From assembly GCA_951804945.1 (NCBI GenBank), contig OX638156.1:40610001-40674000 (forward strand): 64,000 nucleotides of DNA. The letters are read 5' to 3'. The stretch's first letter is position 1; the number at the start of each line of letters is the position of its first letter. Under the pieces are notes generated by a model. The model was not told the DNA's origin and made no database searches. It saw nothing but the letters and a program-made list of their open reading frames with translations. This DNA is from Podarcis cretensis (lineage: Eukaryota). The translations under genes and the position numbers were made by a program. Of this stretch, positions 1 through 13,300 are shown in pieces.

Positions 1-2636
1 GATGAGGAAACAAGGGTAGACCTCCATATTTACTTGCACAGGCTTTCTGCACCTACTACTCAAACCCATGTAGAGATTTGCGTTTGCTGCTGAGATGATG
101 TTTTGGGAAGATGTGGTGACGCCAGTGACCCGTGCCAGGCCAGGAGTGTATGCCTAGCAAACACATGCTCATCGGTTTGGTTATAAATCATGAGAGGGAG
201 TTTCCCTTTTAATGCATAACAGACCACATGGCATGTGGGAAATGTCTTAAAGAAGTAGGGAAAGGGAGCAAGGTTCAAACCTACCTACCCTTGTGTGCTT
301 GCTTTTAGTTTTAGAAGTAACCCCCCTCTTCCAAACCAGTGAGCAACACATGTTTAATGAACAGGTCCATGCCTGGCTTAGCCCAGCCTGCCACCCCCCC
401 CCCCCCCAAGTCTACAGAATTCCCTGTTCTTTAGGTCTAGGGAATTAAGGGAAGCCTTAGTGGACAGATGTGCAGGGTGATTACTAAAGGAGGGAGCCAC
501 AGGTAATAGAAAATTCAGCCACGGCTGTGATTTGGAAAGGAGGTCAGGGGAGAGGAAAGGGAGTCCTTTAGGAGGAGGGGCTTCTGGGCTGCCTGGTAGC
601 TTGCAGTGTGTGGCCCTTTGGAGAATTCCACAAGAGGGGAGACTGAGGCATAGATCATGCAAATGGAAAATGAGGTGGTAATACTTTTTCATCTGCGCCA
701 TTTCAGATCACAAGTGGGAAACAGTTGCATGCTTCTCAATAGTAGTAGTAGTAATTATAATTATAATTTATATTCTGTCATCTGAGCAGCTTCCAGCAAA
801 TTAAATATTAGCATGTTATTAGCATATGAGCATATACAACTATTCCTTACCCCACCCCCACCCCCAGCTTTCTATATGTGAGTCTCAGGCTGTGAATGAG
901 AGTTGCTTAGCTCTGTAATTCTTTTTGACATCCTTGTTGCCTGCCTAGCCTGTGGGCTGCACTGCTGACTCAGACCATAGTGAATGTCCCATCTGATGCA
1001 TCTGGATCTATCTTGGGAACATGGCTTCTATGCTTGAACCACATGCCTAGGACATCACCCAGTTCCATACTCTCAATTTTTCCTGCAGACTAGAACTGCC
1101 AATTCACCCATAGCTGTTTACTGAAAGAATGGCTGAATCCAATTTTTCACCATCCAGGTATTTTGTGTGGGTGGGCAGTTTCTGCCTCTGGAGGTTAGAT
1201 GTCTTGGTTATGGCATGAAACTAAAAGGAACCGAATTATATAGAGGGGGACATGATAGGTAATCACCCAGAGCCTGTTGGCAGCTAGATATCATCTTCTC
1301 TTTGGGTTTCCTTCTGTCCAGCTGTTCAGCAGAGAGCAGCTGAGAGGGAAGACTTTGATGATGTGCAAAGTGTGCAGTTGTGGTTCTTTCCTCTGTAGGA
1401 AGATCAAAGCGGAGGCAGGGATGTCTCAGGTGGTAGACTTATGTTCTGTACAAATGTGCAAAAACTCATTCATGCATTTCTTTAATTGCGTACATGCAGT
1501 TTTGAGGTTGCCATTGCAATTTGAAGTTTGAGACTTTGAATAGTTGTAAGGCATACTTGCAGCTCAGCTGTTATTTGCATTCTGCTGCTGCTATGATTGA
1601 GTTTATTTTGCCTTTTGCGCATTCAGGACAGAAAGGGACGTTGAGAGCTTTTTTACGAAGTAAAGAAACCATCTAGAGAGAAAATAGAAGGTGAAACAAT
1701 TTTAAATACACCCCTTTTCTTGTAGCGTTTGCTCTTTAACTCACAATGCCTTGCCCTGCTCACTGTGTTAGGCCGCTAGTGAAAACACTTCAATGGCGAC
1801 AGCTTTTTTGATTCTAAAGGCAGCAGATATGTCCAGGATATTTGCTTGTGGGTCCTTGGTTCACCATAATTTGATATTTGGGGAAGTCATGGTTGTCTCT
1901 GTTGGATGTCCAGCTCCCTTTACAGGTTCCCTGTTTCAGAGACTCTTAATTTCATGTGCTTGACCGCCTGGTGCATGTGCTTGTACCACTTGGCTGTCCT
2001 TAATCAAGGCTGGCTTCATTGCCCCAAGTTTCCTGGAGTAAACAAGCAGCTAGTCCATGGGAAGGAAGCCATTGTGCCCACAAGCCTGCATCATCTTGGT
2101 ATTCTAAAGCTGTCTAATGCTTCAACGTGGCAGGAAATTTGCCAAGGAAATTTACATGCAGAGTTAAAACGGTCAACAATGCAATAAAGTAGTCTGTGGC
2201 TCAAGAGTGACTTTTACTAGCACTGTGGGCTTGTCTGAAAAAATAATAATTTTGCCACATTTTCTCATGCCTTAGTAATATCTAGGGCAATGTTATATGT
2301 TATAAAAAGTGTTATAAATGTTATAAAAAGTGTTGAGAAACTTCAGTGCAGTAGATTCAAAGTGTGGTAGACATGCATATGGACTACTATCTGCTGTGCT
2401 GATAATATTTGACCAGTGGTTGAAAGACGTTCACTGGCTTCTCCAGTTCTCTACCAGGCTCAGCTCATGTTGTTTGTTTGTTTTCTACCTATAATGCCCC
2501 AAGTGGCTTGGAATCATGGCTTTTGAAGGGCTGTCTATCCTAGCGTTCCCCAACTTGGTGCCCTCTAACATAATTGGAGACAGGGCTGGACAACTCCCAT
2601 ATGAACTTGCCTGTATATGGAGTTGCTAAGCTCTCG

Positions 2637-2639
<3 letters not shown>

Positions 2640-2676
<37 letters not shown>
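2640..2676. repeat. (CA)n microsatellite
   Basis: Run of ~18 CA units. Confidence 0.95.
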
Positions 2677-2679
<3 letters not shown>

Positions 2680-5380
2680 TCTCTCTCCACTCCACTCCAC
2701 TCCCATTGCAGGGTAGCGATAGGACCTTTGCTGCAGTGGGGGATCATGCACTGCCCAATTTTTTCTCCTTCAGGGCCAAGTGAAAGCTGCCCTATTATGC
2801 TAGTGGGACACCATTAAGGACAGGTTTTTGGCTTTAACTGGTTATTAGTGCTGATTATGTTTTGCTTTTAGTTGCGTTTGTGGGCTCATTTGCTTATGAC
2901 TGTGTTTTATGGCTTTTATTATGTCAACCACTCTGGGGTGCACAAATGAAGGAAATGAAGCTATTTGCTTGTTGCAGTTTAGCCTGTTTTAGTTCGTATT
3001 TTGTCCTCAGTGCTGTTTTAACAGATGTGTATAAGCTCCCTTGGAAAGGCAAGGTATAAATAATTGCAAACATAAGGTGTCCCGGAGCTTGAAGTGATCA
3101 CAATATTATTCAGCTCACAATTCAAAGGCAGGCGAAAACACTGAAGTGCAAAACAATCACAGGTGGGGGATGAACCTTCCCACCAAGGGATGTGGGAAGG
3201 GAGCAGGCAGTTCTTCAGGTACCAGCTTCTAAGCAGAGCAAGGCTTTACATGTCAGCACCAGGTCTCAGAAACACACCACAGCTACTGAAACTCCAAGCT
3301 TCCAGCCCCAGTAAGTAGCCAATTTGAGCTCAGTAATTGAAGGAGAGAAAAAAATCAACTTGGCCTGGCCTTCCCATCTTGACACTGATGACTTTTGAAT
3401 GCATTGACTCCCCTCCCCCACCCCATTTTAAATTTTCTTGTCTGTCTTTCCTCTTTAATGTTTCGCTGTTGTCCAAGAAGGTTGATGGGTGGGTGAGTAG
3501 GAGGTGCTGCGTCATTTTAACTTTTGTGTTTATGGCAACAAAATTCCCCAGGCGGTCTCTGAAAAGAGACAGAAGGACCTCTGGGACTGCACAGTTTTAT
3601 CCACTAAGTTGTTAGTGGGGTGGTGGAAGAGGACAAGGGAAACTGGGGGGTTGCTCTGATTGCACATGTGTGGACATTGCTCGGGGGGGGGTGTTGCTAG
3701 TGAAGTTGCCAAGTGTGATTCAGAATGTGGACCACAAGAGCTCAACGTTTGCAGAAAATGCTGGGAATTTTTTTTTCTGAAAGAGATGCTAAGGATGTAT
3801 TTTGTGTCAGGTGATTACAGCCATAGGGTTGGGGGCTAGGGGCAAAATGTCTTGGCAACTCTAAGAGGAAGCAGCACTCCTGGTCAGAACCGGGAAAGGG
3901 GGAACAGGAGGAAATGATTTCTCCCTGTCAATGGCTGTGATCTGCAGCAGAAGCCCCGTTCAGCAAGCTAAGGAAACAAGCAAAGGAAGTGAGTCATCCT
4001 CCTCTGTCTATTGCTGCAGCTGCACAGCGGTGGCTCTGGAGCCAGGATGACCCCCCACCCCCAGTAAGAAGGGGTGTGTGAAGTGCACCACTGTTATGGA
4101 GGTAGTGCTGGTGTCTTTCCATCCTCCATGGTTGGGAGCAAATTCCAAAAAGCAACAGAGGGTCAATCACAACAGTGTCACCTTCTGATGCCCCAACACT
4201 AAAGAGTGTTGCTCTGGAAGGTCAGGCTCAACAGACTGCAGGACCAGAACCATAAGCACAAGCAGACTTGCGGAGAATTAGCTGGCCTCATCTGAGGTCA
4301 AGAAGGAAATGGTCTTGGGCTCTTGGAATGTACGAGAGAGATGACTAAAGCGCAGTGATCGTGCTTAGCATTGAGCAAGGCCACTTGGCAAATCATTGCC
4401 TAGTAATCCAAGACTAGTAAAAGGAACTGGGTCACTGGTAGGACACCTGGCCCTCACAGGTACCCTACCTTTAAGAGCACCTTTTTGATCAAAAGTTTGA
4501 AATTGATTAATCTCTGTTTGATTAAAAACTTTGCAGCTCGTCCCATTCGCTCCCCCCCAGTTGATAGCTGACAGGTCAGGCCAACTCATGGACTGAATGA
4601 GCATCAGGTGCCTCACCCAGAGCTGGATGAAAGATGTCTTTCCAAACAGTGTGGTGGCTGGCCTGCTTTAAAGGGCTGTTTTAAGGAGTAGGGTTAGAGA
4701 ATGCATGTCAAGTGCTCTGGGGCAGCCTCCAAAGATCCCTTCCTAAAGGCTGTGTCTTGGAGACTCCCTGCAACTTTTGCCACTTCCTGGCCAGCTCAGG
4801 CTGGCCAGCAGAAGGTGAACTGTTTTGCAGTGCCTTATATCCTGCTTTGAAGAGGGGCAAATTTCTCTCTGCAGCTCACGCAGTGCTGCATACTGGTGTG
4901 CGTGCAGATCCCTCATTAACCTGGATTCATCATGCTGGCTGAGTTGATCATGGTCTGTTGCATCCACTCTTAACTTCCTCCCTCCCAGTACCTTTGAGGG
5001 GTGGATCTGCCATTCCCAGGTGACACTGGGTTCCTCTGATGTGTGATTTCTGTGCATTCGTCTTTCCTGGCACAATTGCGTGCCTTTGCCTCATTAATCT
5101 TTCACAATCATTCTGCTTCGGTGTTGTGGGAGTACGCAATGTGTTCTTCCTAGGAAGTGCTTAAAAGGAAGGATTGAGAGGAAGACACATCCTTCGGGGG
5201 CACTTTTTATGTATATCTCAAGGAAAACAGAAGGTAGTCTAGATCCTGGAGCCACCTTTGCCAAGTTGGTGCCATTCATGTTTTGGGAAGTAACTCCTAA
5301 CAGCTCCAGTCAGCACAGGTATTGTAGTCCAAAGCATATGGGGAGCAACAGATTGGCGAAGGCTCCTATAGAGCAGCAAT

Positions 5381-5652
5381 TCTTCTTCTTTGGCGATCAC
5401 TCATAGCCAAGTAAGATTGTCTTCCATGACCACGGTCTTAACAGTGAGTCCGTAAGTGGCTGTGGAGGCCAATTCTGGATCCACACGTCCTTCCATAGTG
5501 GGGACGTAGGTTTCTGGGCGGGAGTTGATCATGGTGAGGATTTGTCAAAGCTGCCTTCCTCTTAGCTCATTTCTCCCTTTCGTCCTGACTTCGTGCTTCT
5601 TTAAGGTCAATGACACCTTTAGTAGAGGCTGTTCTCCAATTGGAGCACTCAT
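5381..5652 (-). mobile_element. RTE-clade LINE, 3' fragment
   Basis: Minus-strand translation ...WRTASTKGV...KRK...PHYGRTCGSRIGLHSHLRTHC* (degenerate C-terminal zinc finger, one internal stop), followed by a (GAA)n tail. Confidence 0.8.
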
Positions 5653-7226
5653 AGCAATTACAGCACATGTGACCAGGAGCAAGCTGAAATGGAAATGAGC
5701 AGAAAGAGACAGAAATCACCTCTGGCTGTTAGTTTCTGGCACTATCAAGGGCATTTAGCTGCGACCCACAGGGTGCCATCTCATCTTGCGTAAAGGCCCC
5801 TAAAAATGCATGTTCATGGTCATTTTAATGAGGCTTGCACTAGATAACTTCTCATTGGATTGGGCTCCCATGTGAATTAGTGTATGTGAGCATTTTTCTC
5901 TCCATCAAGCAGCAGAATGCCCCATAATCCATGCTTTGTGAGGGATGCAGTTTGATGGGCGGTTCCTATGAAAGACTGTTCCATCCATTCATATCCTCAT
6001 GTTCAAGGCTCAGAGAGAGAGAAAGAGAGGGGTCAGTGTCAGTGTGGTTATTGCTACCCCCAATGGACAAAATCTGAATTGCTCTGTTCTCCATCAGGCA
6101 GGGCCCTCAATCTAGACTTGGAGCCAATTGTTAGCCTTTGATAGTGATAGCCTTTAACTCAAAGGATATTCTAGAGCTGGGAGGGAAAGGCAGAAAGGAG
6201 CAACCAAAATTATCAAAGGGGCCGGACTAATCAACCCCATTTGCAGAAAGGTTGCAACATTACAATGCAGCTCAGACCTCACCATGGTGTATTTATGGGT
6301 GAAGTTAGGGGGTGTGCCCCAAATGCATTCCCCTCCACACACCTTCTTAACATCAAAATGCATTTGTTTCCTAATCTCCCAGTTTAGAAAGATCCTTCTG
6401 ATGCTCTTTAAGTTGCAAACACAGCCTCTAGCTCCACTGTGTAAGAGGAAAAAACCCTTTCTTTTTAATTGAAACTCTTGTGAACATTTTACTAATTTGT
6501 GTAAGATAGGCTATTGCCAAGTAAGTCACTCTAGCATGAATGGAATCCTGGAACAACCTTTGGCAAGGGGAAGAAGTGTTTGTGAGATGAATTGGGTGGG
6601 GGGAGTGTTACAAGCCCACTGGAGAGTCCATTTTCACCTGTGAAATCCTGAAGGGGAAGATGTTGCCCCAAAGTAATGTTTCATAAGAGCTTCTATTATT
6701 CTGACTTTTCAGTACCATGTAATGCCTGGAGATAATAGGGGCTTCTGAGGAGACTAGAGAGAAAGCCAGATCTGGGACAGTGTTCAGGAGATCCATTTTC
6801 CCTCAGAGAAGGTGGCGGCAGAGCAGGGATGTCCAGAGAGGAGGAACTGAGTCTCAAGTAGAGGCTGAAGAAACAGCTTGCAGGGCTCTTGTGAGAGTAA
6901 CATATGATGCCTTTCTGTATGCCCCCTCAGGAGGAAAGTCAGGAGAGAGCCCTGATAGCTCTGCTTTGCTACTTCTGAAACAAGGTGCTCCTTCCTCAGA
7001 CTCTTAGGCAACTCGGTTTCCCAGCCCATGTGATCTCACTCACTCACCCAGCCCCAATGTCAGGCGTTCCTTCAGCCTGTGCTGACATCTCAATTCCTTG
7101 CCTCTCCATTTTCTTTCTCTCTGACTGAACAAGAGAGAAGGAAAGAAAAGAAATTCCGTACTTGAATTTTTCTGCAGTGCCTCTTGACTGTTCTCCATTA
7201 ACATGAGGGCTGGTTTTTCACCTCAG

Positions 7227-7311
7227 GAGCCACAAGGGACATCGGCTCCGCACTAACCCGGATGTGTATGCGGCACCGCAGTATTGAGACCAAGCTGAGG
7301 CAGTTTACCAA
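7227..7311 (+). CDS. MTSS2: MTSS2 exon 4 (IMD)
   Basis: cctcag|GAGCC...ACCAA|gtaagt; (G)ATRDIGSALTRMCMRHRSIETKLRQFT. Confidence 0.95.
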
Positions 7312-10300
7312 GTAAGTGCCTTTCGTTAGATAGACTCGCGTGCTTGTCATGTGTGTGGGCCAGCCCCAGGCTCCCTTTCCGAAAAAGAGGGAGAGGCTCA
7401 GTGGCCTTGAAAACGGGATTGGGGAGGTTCTGAAATAGGCAAGACATGCAGAAGGAGCTCAGGGTTTTAGAAACTCGAGCCACTTCCATACTCTAGTCCA
7501 GAGAATGAGTAATTGAGCCATTTGGATCACGACACATTTATGGGGATTTCGTTGCAAAACTCTTCTCCACATCCCTTGGCCCTTCTAACCCGCCTCTCTC
7601 TGGGTGCCTTCCCCCCTCCTGCAGCGCCCTGATGGAGAGCCTGATTAACCCCCTGCAGGATCGGATAGAGGACTGGAAGAAGACTGCTAACCAGCTTGAC
7701 AAAGATCACGCGAAAGGTAAAAGGGCAGGAGGCACCCTGGCTGCCCCATAGCCTGTGAGACAGTGTCTGATGCTCAGAGGAAAGCAGTGGCAAGGATGTG
7801 ACTGTGGGGCTTAGGGTGGGAGGAGATGAAAGCCAGGAGTCTGGGCCCCATAGAGAGCAGTGGCCTCCCTTGTCTGCTCACGCCATGTGGGGGACCTCGG
7901 GGTCCACCTGCCAAGCTGTTTGCCTTCTGGTCACTTGGAATCAGGCCTCGTGTTTCCCGATTCCTGTCTCCTTAGAATACAAACGAGCCCGCCATGAGAT
8001 AAAGAAGAAGTCCTCTGACACACTGAAGCTTCAGAAGAAAGCCCGCAAAGGTAAGATCTGCCAGGGTGTTTCTGGCCAAAGGGCAGCTCAGTTTGGCTAG
8101 TGATGTTGGCCTCCAACCCCTGATTGAAGAGGGGGGCTGGATTTGCTGGGCTGCCCTTGGATAAACTAAATTGCTTCTGCCTTAGCAGTGAACGTTTCCC
8201 TGCACAGGTAATGGCATGGATGGAGCAAGGACCTTGGTTTAATTCTTCAGTTAAATGCATTGCAGTGTAAGATCCTGGTTAAAGTAGGGTGGAGGCCTCC
8301 TTGCGGCATAATGTCCTGGGGCCCAGAGGCTCTCCCTTTGTGGGCTGTTTGCTTTGCAGGTGAGACAGAGCTTTGTGTTAGGCAGTGACAGAAAAGGGAA
8401 TTCAGCTTCCTGAATTTATTGGGGGGGGGGGGTGTTAAAGCAAGTTTCTGGCCCCTGTGGCTTGACAGTGTGGGTGGGCAATGCTGGCTGAGGCCTCAGA
8501 AACCGGAGGAGATTAGGCTCACAGCATTCACCTTTGCTCAGTTCAGGAATCTTGGATTTATTTGTTTTAAGTGCAGAAGAAAACACATGCCTCTCAGCTA
8601 TCGATCCTCTTCAAAGCTGTGAGGCATTTTAACCCCCAAGGAGAAAGAAGGCCCAGCTGTCTTCAGAGTTGTGGTAGCAGATTCCTAGGGGAGAAGGAAG
8701 CTTGCCTGCCTCTGGTTCGCTTGTGTGTCTGAATGGGTCTGGACCAGAGTGGCAGTTTCTGCAGGGGGCGTTGTACAGCCGGTGCTTTAAGTTTCCGCAC
8801 TTTTGGTTTGCCCTCCCATCTTGTGAACACGTGATTGCCAGGGGAGGGCTGCTTTCAGAGCCTTGCTAAGTTCTCACTGCCCTAAAATCAGGCCAGTGTG
8901 TTGATCCAGGTTGTTGCTCCTTGAAGTTACCATGTGTGTATGCAAAGGGGGGGGGCCTCGGGGATAATTGCCTATCAAAGTGCCTCTCCCTCCCCTTTAT
9001 GCACACACTCTGTCATGGGAAGAGAACTGTGTTGGTGTTCTCAGTGTAGCGTCTCATACCATTCTCAGTCCTTCTAGGTATTGAGAGGGATCTTCCTGGC
9101 TCCTGCAGCAGACCCTCTGAGGTCCAAACCAGATGTTGTGTGTGCACGTGGCCACCAATGACTCCTTGGGGAGATAAGGTGCAGGGTGCAAATGTCTCTG
9201 TGCCTTCCTCCTCCTGTTTGGCTGCTCCATGCAAGGTGGATTGGGGACCTGTGGCATTTGGCTTGGGTCTGGGGTATTTGCATTCTGCCTTGGGGAATCC
9301 CCACCCCATCCCTGGACCTGCCATTGCCCCCCACCTGGGGGAGGTTACCAGAGTCCTGTGGCTCCCACTTTTGCTCCTTGTGCCAGTGGAGAAGACCTGA
9401 CCAGATGCAGCTGTCCCCTGCTGTCATTTTATGGCGGGAGGGCAGTTGTGTACCTGGTGATGTGGCTGAGTTGGGTGGTGGTTCTGTGGGGTCCTGTTCC
9501 GGGTGAGAAGATGGCTCTATACATCAGCCTGTCTTTCACACATTCTTCTTTCTCTCTTCCTCCCTCTCTCTTTTCTCTTCCCTCCTTTCCACATCCTTCC
9601 TGTAGAGCTACTTGGTAAGTCAAATGTTGCCATCTCAGCTTCTTCCAGGCATCCCTCACCCTTCCTCCACGCTCTTGGCTTCACTACATGTAATCCTTTC
9701 CTCCCTCCCTCCCTCCCTCCACTCTGTTTCGGTTGGGCTTGAAATGAAATGAAACCCCCAGAGGCCATGCTGACGCAAGTGGTGCATTGAGGGTTGGGAG
9801 CAACTTAAGCTGATGGGGCCGACTGAGGCTCAGCCCAGCTTTGCTGGGGGCAGAGAGGAGGTGGTTCTTGCTCTGTGATGAACGCAGGAACCTGAGGTGT
9901 AAGGTGCTGACAGACCACATGGCAAGAACAGAAATGCTAAGTTCAAAGTTGCTTCATTATTCTCAGTGAACCTTGCAATGACCCTGTAAGGCAGGCCAGC
10001 ATCACTGCCCCCCATGTTGCAGGTGGCCAGGCTGAGGCTGAAGAAGAGCAGCTTACCTCAGGCCAAATTGGAGACTTGCGAGATTGTTCCAAAGCCATCT
10101 TATTTTGGCCTGCTGGCATTCAAGACTCCATGGGAAATGGGTGTGCGCCTCCCCTACTACGCCAACCCCCAGACTAGCCCATCCACAAACTAGCTAAGCA
10201 CCTGAGATGCCAAAATCCATGGGGCTCTTGCCTTGCCTCTGTTTAGAGTAATCTCCCCCCCCCCCACGCTCCCCACTTACCTGGTGCCTCCCAGATGTTG

Positions 10301-13300
10301 GTGGAATAGAACTCCTACCCCTAACCCTTGGCCTTGATGGCCGAGGCTTATGAGACCTTTTAGGTCAAAATATGTGGTGTGTGCCGGGTTTATTTACAGT
10401 GGTGCCCCACAAGATGAATGCCTCGCAAGACGAAAAACTCGCTAGATGAAAGGGTTTTCCGTTTTTCGAGGTGCTTCGCAAGACGAATTTCCCTATGGAG
10501 TTTGCTTCCTTTTTCGTAAAACCGTTAATACCCAGGCAATCCGCGCTCCGCAAGACGAAAAAATAGCAAGACGAAGCAACTCGCGGAACGAATTAATTTT
10601 GTCTTGCGAGGCACCACTGTATCTATAGTTTGACCATTCCAACCTTGGGCCTTTCCTGGCCTTGGAATGTCCCTACCTTTCAGCCTAAGCTCCCTTACAA
10701 GGTTGTTGTGAAGCTGTTTTCTAAAGACAGTGCTCTGTGTGTCTTAAAAGAACTAGCATACATGAAAACCCTTAGTTTGATTTGGAAGAGTTGCATTCAG
10801 GCCCCACCTTCCTGGGGCTGCAAAAAACTGGGTTATTTTACAGAATGTATTGCAGGCATAGGCAAACTCAGCCCTCCAGATGTTTTGGGACTACAACTCC
10901 CACCATCCCTAGCTAACAGGACCAGTGGTCAGGGATGATGAGAATTGCAGTCTCAAAACATCTGGAGGGTCGAGTTTGCCTGTGCCTGATGTATTGGGTT
11001 CAATCCCAGTTTAAAGAATTGGGTAGCAGCAAGCAATGTGAAGGAGGAAGAAGGGGTCCTACCCTCTCCACCTGCCTGAGACCCTGCAGAGCCACTCCTC
11101 TGGGCAGGCGTCTGCCTCAGCGCAAGGCTGCTTCATATGCCCTACTGCCACTTTGAAAAGGGGGAAATCAAAGGGCACATTCAAAGCACATACCCTTTGG
11201 TTTCATCAGTTGAACACACAATGTAAAAACAGCTTGAATTCTCACAGATCCAGACTGGCTCAGTCTCTCACTCTGGGGCCATCTTCTCCAACCTGGTGTT
11301 TTGGACCACAACTCCCATCAGCCTCAGCCTTCTCTGGAGGAAATCCTCCTTGGTATTGCTTATGGCAGGCATGTCCAAAGTCCATTTTGGGGGCCTAATG
11401 TGGCCCGCCGGCCGGTTTAATCCAGCCCCTGTGACAGTTTATTTCCTGGGGTAAAAGCCTAAAAAAAACCCTCAACAACTTCAATCCTAAAAAAAGGTCA
11501 ACAACATTGCTTGGCCCTTTGGTCAGCCCCCTTGGCCCTTCACTTCATCAAATCTGGCCCTCTTTTTAAAAAGTTTGGATACCACTGGCTTATGGGATGG
11601 CTTATGTAACCCAAAACAACTGGAGGGCACCGGCTTCAGGGAAGGCTGTTCTGGAAGATGGCTAGGTCTCCTTCAGAGGGAGACCACATTTTCCACCTGC
11701 AGCAGAGTGCCACCATTTTGTCTGGGCACTTAAGGGCCCCAGGTGCTTTCAGTTAGGGACCAAAGGCCTGGTTAAAATGATTGGTGCAGCTTGGAATAAC
11801 CATTCCTTCCCCCTTAGGCCAAAGCAAAGAGGAGGCCTTCTTGTCTTGTGCTGTGAGACACTCACAAGAGCGTCCCTATGATCCCTCTTAGCATCCTCAC
11901 CCTCGTGAACCACAAAGGCATAAGCAACAAGACATAGTCAGTGGGCGCTTTTTAAGTTGGCTTTCATTTCAGGCCTTATCAGCATCACCACAGGGCTTCA
12001 TTATTCCCATCTGGACACTCCTCTTTCTCTGGCTCTGCTGCACCGCTCCAGAATGGCTCTGGGGCAAATGCTGAGATCCACCCACCTTGGGCCCAGATCC
12101 ACCCCAGAGAGTGACAGCCTTGAGATTAGGGATGGGGGAAGAGCCACTTTAAAAAGTGGAATTGGACAGGGAATGCACCCTTCAGCAACAGCTAATCAGA
12201 AGGGTGGGTTGGTGCCTTGGCTTCCATTTTCAAAAGGCCAGTTCTGGCTTTCCCCAAGCATTATTAAATTCAGCAAGCGTTGTATAGGTCTCGCAGGTCC
12301 CCCTCAACTTTATAGCTCCTTTTCCCTGGGTCTTTTGGCTGCCAAGCCCAAGCATCAGGATCTCAGCTTTAGCCCTCCAATATCCTGGGGCCCACTGCCT
12401 CAACAGCTTGGCTGTTTCTTGACTTTTTCTCAGCAATCAGCCATTCTTCCAGTCTTCCCCGTTCCTCCCCACACTGGTTTTCCACCCGCCTGGCTGCTCC
12501 GTCATCTTGCTTTACCTTCTTTGCATGTGGGCTGGTGGTGGTGGTGGTGGTGGGAGGCAACATATCTGAGTGACAGCAGGGCTGCGGTTGCACAAGGGTG
12601 GTCTTCATTGCTGTCCATCAAGCCAAGCATTTCATGGTTGGTTCTGCACACATTGTGAATTGCTTGCTGGCACCTCTGTTTTGCATAGCTTGTGATCAGT
12701 GGGTGGTTGTGAGCATGGACAGCTCCAGGGGAGCCTTGATCCTAAGGACTCTCTTGGTGTCTGTGCTTCCGACGAGCTTTTGAAGTCCATGTGTCTGTGT
12801 CTCCCTTTGTGTGTCCTTGAGTATTTGTATGAGTAGCAATACCCATCCACTCCACCCCAGACTGCTCACAGTGCAGCCTTTCAAGGAAGTGAGTCACACA
12901 AATTTCAGCACCGCTGTGACACTACGGTCTGAACTTGGAATGAATTTGAACTTCTGCTTTTGAATTACAGTGTTGGAATTGTGAATGGGTTTGTGTGGGA
13001 AGGAGAGAGTGATGAATCCAGCACAAACTGGGATGGAGGAGGGAAAGGCAAGGTGCATCATGGGAGCAGGGCAGCCCTCTCCATGACTCTAGGAGTGCCA
13101 AAGAACCACTGTGCTCTGTATCTGGCTAGTGATACACAGATCCACTGCTGGGACTCCTCTTGCCATTGGGCAATTGGGAAAAGCCTGTGGGGTGAATTCA
13201 AAGAAGCAGAAAAGGATGGATCTAGACACACCTGCCCACCTTTGGAGAGTTGAAGAGCCAGAAGCCAACATGGGCCTCTTGTTGTTTTGGCCCAATTTTG

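Noticed and set aside
11957-12658. 233-aa ORF in an MTSS2 intron
   Set aside because: Non-ATG start, no recognisable domain, and a poly-W tract from a (TGG)n repeat; a chance ORF
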